From a virus (Duplodnaviria; Caudoviricetes), in the IMG/VR virus record IMGVR_UViG_3300021400_000143, positions 16,616-80,615 of that record: DNA of 64,000 nucleotides; one strand, given 5' to 3'. Position numbers and translations under genes: made by a program. The notes under the pieces were generated by a model. It saw only the letters and a list, made by a program, of their open reading frames with translations. It did not search any database and was not told the DNA's origin. Shown piece after piece: positions 18,817 through 29,400 of the stretch. Every line of letters begins with the position of its first letter. Positions within the stretch are counted from its first letter, which is position 1.

Positions 18817-20592
18817 ATGGCAAAGCGTAGAAACGACACGGTTTTATCACCTTTGGACGACGGCAACCAAAAGTATGCCATACGTTCAAATGCTGATATT
18901 GTGTGCTTCACTGGTAACACAGGTGGAGGTAAGAGCTATGCTTTGTATTACGCACCTATCGAATACCTTGCAATGAACGATAACGCAAAGATTGTTTGTT
19001 TCATGCGTAACGTATCCGACTTTTGGGGTGCAGGAAAAGTAAACGATACGCTAAAGAAAATGTATCCGCTTGTTGATAGGTCTGTAAAAAAACAACCACA
19101 CGACCCAATCGGTGAAATCATACGTCGACAAGAGGATATGGGTATGAAACTTTACAATGGTAGCGAACTAAAGTTTCAGCAACTCGATAATGAAAGCCCT
19201 ATTGTTATAGATAAAATCGCAAAAGGTTTGCAAGCAAAGAAACTAATCTTTGACGAGTGTAACAAGTTTCTTTGGAGAACAATATCTACATTCTTTCCAC
19301 GTTTACGTAGTGACTCAAATGGTAAGGCACAAGTGTTTCTTGCGCAAAACCCAGAGCGTGAGTGTTTCATGCGAAAGATGTGCGGAAAAGGTGAGCATGG
19401 TGGTGGATGGATAAACGATGATGGCACTACAGACAAGTCGATGGATGGTGTCGTAATGTATTTCTTTATGCCAAACGGTGATTACGAACGTGCTGTTTGG
19501 GGTAGAACAAAGAAAGAGGTTTACGATAAAGGGAAAGAGGAAATAGATGCAAGATTGGCTATCGACAAGGATATGTCTTACGAAGATTTTATTCTTTCGA
19601 TGGTTTTCTATACATTTGATGTGCGAGATAACAAGAAAATGCTTGCAAAAAACAAGAGTTATCGTGGTTTGGCTGCAAACTCTGCTACCGCACAATCATC
19701 TTATGCTGCAAATTGGAACTATTCAATAACTGATGAAGAAACAAGTGTTGATGATTTGGTAAATGTGCAACTTAGCACAATGGATGTCGAGCGGATGTTT
19801 AGACCTATGGAAATGCCGCATAATAGCGAGCTTGTAAAGAGGTTTATGACGGTCGATATGGCAACTACTGGATTTGATAACCTTGTTATGAAATATTGGG
19901 AATTGTATTCACATTATGGTTTTGTATGTAAAGATATTAAATATTCTATAAAGAATAGTAATAGAGAAGCTGTAATGATGATAACAGATTTCAGAGATAG
20001 ACATGGTTTAAATGAAAGAGAAATGATTCTTGATGTGCAAGGGTTTGGATTTCTTCGTGACTGTTATCCCCATGCTTTGTCTTTCTCTGGTGCTTCACAG
20101 CCAAGCAAACGTTCCAAAGCACAATACAAAACGCTAAAAGACGAAGCTGCACATTTGGCTATGGAAATGATTCAAAGCGGTTTGATACATTACGAGCCAA
20201 GACTTTCAGAAGCGAGATATATGCACCAAAACATGAAACGAGAAGGTGCTACAACTATCTTACGGCACATGAAATTTGAGAGCGTAATCTTCCAATTCAA
20301 CAAGACACCAAATGGTCGAATTGCTATGTTGGATAAGGAGAAGCAAAAACCTTTGCTTAAAGGTATGTCGCCCGATTTGTTCGATAATGTTATAATGCTT
20401 TGTGGTGGTACATATTATGATTGCTATAGAATGTTGTCAACCGATGCAGGTATAATGCGTAAAACGATACAAGCAAGTGATATGCTATCTATGCTCAATG
20501 TTGGCAATATTAGCAATGAGCCAGATACAAGATTAGTTAGAAGAAAGATACATCATTCAGATAAAATACTTAACATATTAAGTACAATATGA
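18817..20592 (+). CDS. terL: Terminase large subunit
   Basis: Walker A TGNTGGGKS, Walker B LIFDE, nuclease motifs TVDMATTGFD and SPDLFD; start MAKRRND. Confidence 0.88.
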   Translation: MAKRRNDTVLSPLDDGNQKYAIRSNADIVCFTGNTGGGKSYALYYAPIEYLAMNDNAKIVCFMRNVSDFWGAGKVNDTLKKMYPLVDRSVKKQPHDPIGEIIRRQEDMGMKLYNGSELKFQQLDNESPIVIDKIAKGLQAKKLIFDECNKFLWRTISTFFPRLRSDSNGKAQVFLAQNPERECFMRKMCGKGEHGGGWINDDGTTDKSMDGVVMYFFMPNGDYERAVWGRTKKEVYDKGKEEIDARLAIDKDMSYEDFILSMVFYTFDVRDNKKMLAKNKSYRGLAANSATAQSSYAANWNYSITDEETSVDDLVNVQLSTMDVERMFRPMEMPHNSELVKRFMTVDMATTGFDNLVMKYWELYSHYGFVCKDIKYSIKNSNREAVMMITDFRDRHGLNEREMILDVQGFGFLRDCYPHALSFSGASQPSKRSKAQYKTLKDEAAHLAMEMIQSGLIHYEPRLSEARYMHQNMKREGATTILRHMKFESVIFQFNKTPNGRIAMLDKEKQKPLLKGMSPDLFDNVIMLCGGTYYDCYRMLSTDAGIMRKTIQASDMLSMLNVGNISNEPDTRLVRRKIHHSDKILNILSTI

Positions 20593-22115
20593 TACGAGAA
20601 CATGACATAAATTGGTTTTTACAAGACCCTACGAGGTTGATGAAGATGAAGCCTTTTACACGTGGCGGCGAGCCTAATTCTCACGGCTACGAAGGTTCAA
20701 GCATACTCAACAACCAGACACTCGAAACGGGTTTTGCAAGCTTAAACTTGCACCCTATTTCACAAGATACTTATATCACAGAGTATCGACCAGACTTGCA
20801 CCATATTATTCTTAATAAAGCAATCCCGAAGATAAAAGTATCAATCAACGGTGTTCGTCTTCCTTTTGATGAAATCACACAAACAGCTTCGTTCCAAAAG
20901 TTGATTCACTCTGCACATGTAAGAAACTTAACAGCCAACCAACTTGAATTTAGTCTTTGTAACGAGAACCCTGATTCAGAAGAGCAAAAAGCTTTTAGCG
21001 AAATCAAACAAGATTGGTTGTGGCGCGGTCTTGAATGGAATAAGTATCAAGCAATCAACACATGTAAGCAAGTAGGTAACTGCGCTGTACTTTTCTCTTA
21101 TGACAAAACAACAAGTAAGTACACGGTTACTAACTACTCATACGAAGATGGCTATCAGATTGTACCTAACTATGACGAATATGGCATTGAAATAGCACGT
21201 TCTCTTGTTTATCAAGTTGAAAATTCTATTATCATTGACACATACGATGCAAGAAAGCATTATAGAACTACACAGGGTGAAACATCGTGGACTACACAGG
21301 TTGAAGTACATGGCTTTAGCCGTTGTCCTTTGCTACACAAACGTGGTAAGGTAGCGTGGGAATATGCCGAAAGTAGTATTGAAATGTGGGAGTTGATGGC
21401 TAACATTCAAGCTATTGCTTTAAAACGTTTTGGTACGTTTGCACTCGTATTTATCGGTGAGATGGATACAGATTCGTTTAAGCGCGACTCCAGCACACTG
21501 ATTATCAACTTGTCGAGCGACACAACCAATGGCAAGCAAGATGCAAAAGTGTTGGATTTCCCAGAGCCTCAAACGATGGACGGTTATCTTAAAACACTCG
21601 AAGAAAAAATATCGTTGTTTAGCTCAACATCATTTATCACACCAAAAGATATTACAACATCTAATAGTGGTGGTAATGGTATTGCGCTTGCAATGTCTAA
21701 CGATTACTCTCTTGCTACACAGTCTGCTATGGATTGGCAGAAGTTTGTAAACGAGATGGTATATCTGCACCAAGAAGGTCTTGACCTTGAAAATGGTGGA
21801 ACTGCACATTACGCAAAGGTAAAGATTGGTGCAAAGATTGTTCCTTGGTCTCTTGAAACGAACAATACTAAGATTACCAATTTGGCAATGGAAGCTCCTT
21901 ATTTGTCAACTCAAACAATCATCGAGCGATGCCCAGATGCTGCGCCAGACGAGGTTGATAGGGTTATCAAAGAAAGGGGTGCGCTTATAAGCAGAAACGA
22001 TAAGAGTATTGAGGATAATGCTGAAAAAGCGCACAACATTGCTGTTAATCGTAGCGATGAAATTCGTGATAATGAAGAAAAAATAGAAATCCAAAACGCG
22101 GAAATAAATCCGTAG
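20589..22115 (+). CDS. Portal protein
   Basis: 508 aa, coupled to terL by an ATGA overlap. Confidence 0.75.
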   Translation: MIREHDINWFLQDPTRLMKMKPFTRGGEPNSHGYEGSSILNNQTLETGFASLNLHPISQDTYITEYRPDLHHIILNKAIPKIKVSINGVRLPFDEITQTASFQKLIHSAHVRNLTANQLEFSLCNENPDSEEQKAFSEIKQDWLWRGLEWNKYQAINTCKQVGNCAVLFSYDKTTSKYTVTNYSYEDGYQIVPNYDEYGIEIARSLVYQVENSIIIDTYDARKHYRTTQGETSWTTQVEVHGFSRCPLLHKRGKVAWEYAESSIEMWELMANIQAIALKRFGTFALVFIGEMDTDSFKRDSSTLIINLSSDTTNGKQDAKVLDFPEPQTMDGYLKTLEEKISLFSSTSFITPKDITTSNSGGNGIALAMSNDYSLATQSAMDWQKFVNEMVYLHQEGLDLENGGTAHYAKVKIGAKIVPWSLETNNTKITNLAMEAPYLSTQTIIERCPDAAPDEVDRVIKERGALISRNDKSIEDNAEKAHNIAVNRSDEIRDNEEKIEIQNAEINP

Positions 22116-22122
22116 TAAGAAA

Positions 22123-22560
22123 ATGGGAATTGTATTTGAAATAATTGCGCCTATTCTAACGCTCATTGCTGGAGGTGGTTGGTTTATAACCTATCGCGCA
22201 TACAAGCGTGGTGCTAATGGTGAAGCAACGCAGAAAGAAGCTGAAGGGTGGAAATCTATTCAAGATTTGTATCAACAAGCTATTGAAGATTTCAAAACTC
22301 ACAGCCATGATATGCGTCAAGAGCGTGCTGTATTAAAGCAAGAGAATAAGGAAATGCGAGATAAGTACAACCAGATTGTCGAGGAAATTCTTATATTAAA
22401 AAAGCAGTTATCACGACAGGGTAGGAAAATAGAAGCTCTAACACCTTTCTTATGTAGTATCATAGGTTGCAAAAAAAGACGAAGGGACAACCTCGATGCT
22501 TTTGCATCTGATAATAGTCAAGAAAGCGATGATGAAGACACCACTGAACAAGAAAACTAA
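22123..22560 (+). CDS. Holin-like membrane protein
   Basis: N-terminal TM helix followed by a coiled coil; precedes the endolysin candidate. Confidence 0.5.
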   Translation: MGIVFEIIAPILTLIAGGGWFITYRAYKRGANGEATQKEAEGWKSIQDLYQQAIEDFKTHSHDMRQERAVLKQENKEMRDKYNQIVEEILILKKQLSRQGRKIEALTPFLCSIIGCKKRRRDNLDAFASDNSQESDDEDTTEQEN

Positions 22561-22565
22561 AAGAT

Positions 22566-23009
22566 ATGGAACTTATATTAAAACGAATAGCAAGAAAGCC
22601 AACATACACGATTGGTAAACTATATGTAAACAAAAAGTATGTCTGCGACACGCTTGAAGATTACGATAGGATTTACTTTGGTGGCTCAAAGGTGGCTGGG
22701 AAAACAGCTATCCCATGCGGTCGGTATCAGGTTATTTTAAATAGCTATTCGCCTCGTTTTGGTGCGAAAGAACCATATAAATCGGTGTGTGGTGGTTGTG
22801 TGCCGTTGATTGCAAATGTACCTAAGTTTAGCGGTATCAGAATACACATCGGAAACACAGAAGCCGACACGGATGGATGCCCTCTCGTTGGGAAAAACAA
22901 ACAAGTTGGTCGCTTGGCTGATTCGAGAGTTACTTTCGTGTCTCTTATGAACGAATATCTTACACCAGCAAGAAAGCGTAATGAAAAAGTCTATATCACA
23001 ATCTATTAA
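22566..23009 (+). CDS. DUF5675-family protein, endolysin candidate
   Basis: TIGKL...CDTLED...TAIP.G.Y...IRIH.GN...TDGC.LVG signature. Confidence 0.75.
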   Translation: MELILKRIARKPTYTIGKLYVNKKYVCDTLEDYDRIYFGGSKVAGKTAIPCGRYQVILNSYSPRFGAKEPYKSVCGGCVPLIANVPKFSGIRIHIGNTEADTDGCPLVGKNKQVGRLADSRVTFVSLMNEYLTPARKRNEKVYITIY

Positions 23010-23013
23010 TGGT

Positions 23014-23436
23014 ATGAACGATTATCAGCATAACATAAAGAAACATTTCAAGTATTGCTTATTATTTTTTGCAATAATGATAGGACTTTGTGCGCTATGC
23101 TCGTGTTCACACAAGTCTATTGAATACGTGGATAGAGAAGTCGTAAAGTACAACACAAAAGAAGTGCATGATACAACGTATATAGATAGACATGATAGTA
23201 TATACCACACTATCTTTCAAAAAGGAGATACAATCTATGACACGAAGTATGTAGAGAAAGTAAGGTACAAAGACAGGATGGTGTATAAGTGCGACACGCT
23301 TACAAGAGACTCTATACAAATACAAGAAAAAACGATAGAAAAAGAAGTTACACCAAAATGGTGTTACTATTCTTTGGTTAGTTGGTTGATTATTATTATA
23401 TTTGCAACATTAAAAGTTAGGAAATGGCTACATTAG
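23014..23436 (+). CDS. Spanin-like lipoprotein with C-terminal TM helix
   Basis: Signal peptide with lipobox LCSC; C-terminal hydrophobic WCYYSLVSWLIIIIFATL. Confidence 0.6.
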   Translation: MNDYQHNIKKHFKYCLLFFAIMIGLCALCSCSHKSIEYVDREVVKYNTKEVHDTTYIDRHDSIYHTIFQKGDTIYDTKYVEKVRYKDRMVYKCDTLTRDSIQIQEKTIEKEVTPKWCYYSLVSWLIIIIFATLKVRKWLH

Positions 23437-26400
23437 GCAGAAACATATCATTCCCTATCAAGAACGCAGACGATACACCGTTTGAGAATCTTGTTTTACA
23501 CAAAGCAACATACGAAAGTGTTGTTATGTCTCTTGCTGACAAAATCACAGGAGATGTGTACTACAAGAATAATCAGTTAGTGTGTACTATGCAGGAGTAT
23601 ATTAAATACGAAGATGTTAAATATTATCTCGTAAATCCTCCAACGATAGTACGTGAAGGTATTGTTTCTGATAACAGTGAGCTTAAAGGAATGACAAAAT
23701 ACTCGTTTGAGTTTTATCATCCTATGTATAAGCTCAATAATATTCCATTTAGCGATGTTGCTGTTAGCAATGATGAAAAGCGTTATCTTTCTGAAAACAA
23801 GTCTTTCTATTGGGTTGGAAAGCCAGATGATTTCATTGCTAAACTAAACAAGAATCTTGATAACACAGAATGGGTTGTAATTAAGAGCGACTATTTCCCA
23901 AAAGACAAAGTTGATATGTTAAGTGAAGTTCTCCAATTCGACAACAATACGATTGGAGATGCTTTGCAAAAACTTTACGAAACTTGGGGTGTTGCTTTTG
24001 TTATTAGTCAACTAAAAGAAAACGAATACTATAATGATGTAGATTATTATGGTGCAGGAAAACGTTTTGTTATCATAGTTGGCAATCCGTCTAACGAAGT
24101 CGTTGACAAAAACGCTGTAAATGGTATTGTTGTAAATGCAAGCACACTTGCCACACAATACGGAAATATACACTATTATCCTACACCAATAACCGTTCCT
24201 GCTGGAGTAAAAATACTTGTTACTTCACTTGAAGAAGGACTTGCTCCTTTAATTCTTAACTCGACTCACGATGGTGTTATAGGTAGCACAAATAGAACGT
24301 TTGACACAGAAACAACGGTTTACGTTGCTCTTTCTGGCGAAGGTCGTGTGATGTACTCTTTTGATGGAAGCGTAAACAATATTTATGTTTTCAAATTCGG
24401 TCAAGGTGTTGGCTTAAAGAACAACTCTCGTACACCACGAAACAACAAGATTGTAACACGTATTGCAGGTTATGGTAGCGAAAATAATATTCCTTATGGT
24501 TATCCACAAATAAGATGGTATGGAAACCCTAATTGGGAATACACAAGTTACGAAACAAACCCTACGATAACAAACGTAGATACAACATCGTATAGCACGT
24601 TTGAAAGTTCACTCGATGCAATTATCCAACGTTCACCTAATTCAGCGGAGACAAGAGCCGCTGTGAACGATTTTGCTTCGACTGTTTATAATGGACTTAA
24701 AATCAAAAGTGCTGGAACAACATCAAAGCAAAGCACAAGTGGAAGCGTTTATACGTATAATTGGAACGTTGTAACACACTCTAATTATGTGGCTGCGACA
24801 TACCACGATGATTACGGCGATTGGCCTTATTTGGTTAGTTTGCAGGGTGGAAACGTAACAGAAGTAAGTAGTGCTACACCAAGTGTAAATAGTTATCCGT
24901 TATACAAAGGTATTGTTGGTGGTGAATACGTTATGCTTGTCAAGCATCCATTCACACGAACACACTTAATGCCGTCTGTTTATTCTGAGGCTGTATTCAA
25001 CAAAGTAAGTCCATACCTCTCAAACGGAAATGCAAATCCAAATTACAATCCAGACATTGAGCTTGTAGATTACTACGACGCAATTTCTGATAGCACATAC
25101 ACTTATCCAAACGAAATAAACCCACAAGCTCCTTCTTACGACATACATGAATTTGATGTTAAGCCAGAGCTTGAAGATGGCGAGCCTAAAAGCATTGTAA
25201 ATGCAATTGCAATCAATGACAAAGATTCAACTCCTGCAAGTGGTTGGGATGATACAATGAACGACAACGCGGAGTATAATCAAGGTTATTTCCGTATAAC
25301 ATTGCCTGTTCTCGACTTTGATGTTTACGCATGTGCGGCTATTACGCAAGAAATGCAAATCAACATGCGTAGTGGTGCATGTATTGGGTGTACCTTTACA
25401 GTTCAAGTTGATTGGGAAGATTACAAGAAGAGTTTTTGGGATGAAAACGGTAATTTTGTTCCAAATGGCACACAAAGAGATTACGTAAAATATCCAAAGT
25501 CAAATCAACAGCAAATAGATGTTATCGTACAAAAAGAAACATCTACATTTGGCACATTGATGCCTAACGTGTACCAAAATCCAAAAGCTGGAGATTCGTT
25601 TGTTATATTAGGTATATCGTTACCTCTTACGTATATTAGCAATGCTGAAAGACGATTAGATGATGAAATGAAGGCTTATATGCTTTCAAATAACATCTAT
25701 TATTACGATTATCCATTAAAGTTCGATTCGTATTTTTTTGCAAAGCACACCGATATTCTTAGTCAAATAAGAACAAATACGATTATAAGATTCTTGTTTG
25801 GTGAAGAGCAATTACATCTATACGTAAAGCAGCTTGTTATCAAATATGGTGAAAGTCCACTACCACAATACGATATTACTCTTACAGACAATATAGAGGT
25901 TGTCCTTAACCAAATAGGTCAGGTTGCAAAAGACATCGAAAGATTAGGTGCTTTGATAAGCAACACCAAACAAGCATCCACATCTGTTTCGCAACAAGAA
26001 CTTAATAAAAAACTATCTAAGGTATCAGACGATGAAACACCATACACATTAACAATGGGTGGTGCGCATATTACTGGTGAATTAGAAGTTGAAGGGCAGT
26101 CAACACAACACGGCGACGAAGTCCATTTAGGTGTAGAAAATCATTTTGGTAGAGAAACACATCAAGGAACAGAAGTACACTACGGCAACGAAACACACAA
26201 TGGTGAGGAAAGCCATACGAACTATGAAACCCATACAGGCGATGAAGAACATGGTGGTAATGTGAACATCACCAAGAACTTGTCGATTGACGAGGGTGCT
26301 ATTGCCGAGATATTGGGGACGATGTTCTTTGGTAGGGGTGATGGTTTCGTGAGTGGACTGAATGGCAATGGTGGAAAGATTGATTCAGAAGCATCCGCAG

Positions 26401-29400
26401 AACTGAAAGACTTGTTTGTTAGGGAACTGACTACAATAGTTAGAGGTATCTTTAACGAGTTGGTTTCAAGTCACCCAACAAGCAAGGTAGGAGAGTGGTT
26501 TCAGCAAGGTTTCAACGGTCACGGCACAAAGATTTGGTACGACCAAGATACAGGCTGGAACATGGAACTTGATACATTGACTGTTAGGCGTATCATGTAT
26601 ATCTTCGAGCTTGTCATTCAGAAGATACGTTCAGTTGGTGGTATCTTGATTGTCAGTGCTGCAAACGGCAAAATCAAGGAAGTTCAGAAAGTTTGCCGAT
26701 ACGCGAATGGTGCTTATCAGTATTACTATAAAATCAAGTTCGAGGACACGAATACTTTTGTGCGCCACGACTTGATGCGCTGCCAGCGTTGGAATAATGG
26801 CAGATATGATGATGTAACGAAAGAAGATGATGCAGAATTGCCTGACGCAAGAGCAATGCAGTATTATTGGGTGGAAGTTGCTTACCCAGATTCCGCTGCC
26901 TTCAACTACCCACCTCTTGACACTCCCGAAGATTTCATAGTATGCGATGATAGTTGGACTCCTATTCAAGAAGGTGGAAATCTTGTTGACGCAGAGGTGT
27001 CAAACGCATACGATATACTCGTGCCACGAAGTGAGTTCGGTAAGACCGTAGAAGTGATTGACCCAACAACACAAGAAACGATTATACTTCCTGCCGATAC
27101 CGAACCACAAGTGGGCGACGATTGCGTGTTGATGGGAAATACCCAATACACCAAGCGTCAGAACTACATCTATATCAGTGCTACTGAGGATGGTGTGCCA
27201 CGAATAGATGTGATGGACGGCTGTAGCACAAAGGGTGACGGTGGAAATCTGCGTTGTAGGTTAGGCTGTTTGGATGGTATCAACGACTCCTATTGGGGAT
27301 TGGAACAACCAAGCGGCTATGGCCTGTATTCAGATAACGCATGGCTTAAAGGAAAGTTCATCGTTAGAATTGGCGACAGGGATAGAGACGTAAGCACGAT
27401 GTTTGAGGTGCTTGACGGCATGATACGTTCTTCCGTTTCCTCTCTGCGTGAAGATACGATAGGTGGAGAGGGTTGTATCAGTAATAACGTGTTTACCGAT
27501 GGACTTGACAAGTGGGGTATCTACGGTGAAGGTCAGTTATTAACTGATGGGACGAAAGCACTCCACGATGGAATAAACCTTCTTGCTTTGTTTGGGTTTA
27601 CCGAATATGCAAAACTCGTCGAGGATAACGGAACGTTTGCGGTGGAAATAAAAGGCTCTGCGAACACCCCTCATGGCATCATCCAGCTGAACGCCAACAT
27701 GCACGATGTACCAACATTTGAAACAAATAACGGTGCCATCGTTCCTCGTACTTTTGCTGTATCGTTCTATGCAAGGTCGGCAGAAGTAGGCGGAACTAAC
27801 GTGGTTGTCGAAATTGGCGATGCGCCTCCATTCACTATTGCCGTTGCGCAAAGCGAGAAATTCAGAAAGTACGTCCATACGCTCGATTTAACGTCTGTAG
27901 GCGACTTTTCCATCTATACCTATGGCGGCGCAGTTCAAGTGCGTGGTATCGTTGTGAGCGTCAATATTGACGAAGCAATGATTGACAGGCTTGTGTCAAG
28001 GATTGAGCAAATTCCAGACTCAATTACTGGCATTGTAGAGGCATTTACGCTAAATCAGACAACATGCAAATATGAACTATCTGCGTTTACATCTTTCAAG
28101 GCAGCGTATGGTAAATGGCAAACGTCTGTTACTGATAATTTCAGAAACACTAACTCGAAGATAGACCAACTATCCGATTCGATTACAAGCAGCGTCAAAG
28201 CACTCGTTCCTATCAACGAGAACGACTACATCGTTGACCCTGCGTTCAGTCGTGAGACATCTACACCACAAGACCCAAACAACCCGTTCGTGCATATATC
28301 GAAGTGGAATATCACAGAGAACGATTCAAGCAAGCATTTGACTATTAACACTTCTGGAGGTGAGAACTATGTCGATATTCTGAATAACGATGCGTCAAAT
28401 CCAGTCGGTTTCTATCCTGCATTAAAGAATATTCCAAGTGCCCAAGGGCGACCAAATAGCAAAGCCGTTGATGTAAGCATCGCCGTGCGCTGTGTAAGCA
28501 ATGGAACGCTCGTTGTCTATCAGGACAATGGAAGTGGAGGAACGACTGAAATCTATCGCAAAAGCCTTGCTGCATCCACCACTTACGAGTATGTGCGTTT
28601 CAGTCCAGCGTGGCGATACGGAAACATCTACATCGGTGTGTTAGGTGTTAATGCACAAATGTATATCAGCAGCGTTTGCATGGCTGACAACGGGAAGGCT
28701 GTGATGGCTGAAATGAGTTCGAGAATCACGCAGACACAAGAAAAAATTACATTAGCCGTACAAACCGAAGTCCAGAACGCAACTGGAGGATTCAACACTC
28801 GCATTTCCACGTTAGAGCAAACAGACAGTTCCTTCACGTTCAAGATTGATAGTCTGATGAACACTATTTTCTCGAACATTAACGCTCCATTCGATTATTC
28901 AGCATCATCCGATGAATTGACGCAGCAAGATTTGGCTATTTGTGTTAGGAAGATTTCTGATTCATCGGGCGATTACTTGCATATCGACGATTCTGATGAA
29001 AACGGCATTACGGTTTCATTCGGTCTTTCTGATTTGGCGAATGATTCAGATATGGAGCCTGTAAAAGTCCGTATTCGCGGAAAAGCTGATGATGTAACCA
29101 CTCTTCGTATTTACTACGGCTCTGGAAGTAACGACTACATAGATATTGCTTCTGACTTTGCTGGCGATGCCATTACAGAACATGAATATACCATCAACTT
29201 TGTAATAGATTACGGAGTGGAGATTTTCATATACGGTGGTGTTTTCGACATCTATGGTATTTACGGTAAACCAAATACAATCACTTCTCCTGTGTCGGTT
29301 TTAAAACTGACGCAAAAGTATTTTGAAGCGTATGTAAGTGAGCATTACATTGATAGCGACACATTAACAGAAACATTGAGGGGCTATGCTCCAAAAAACT

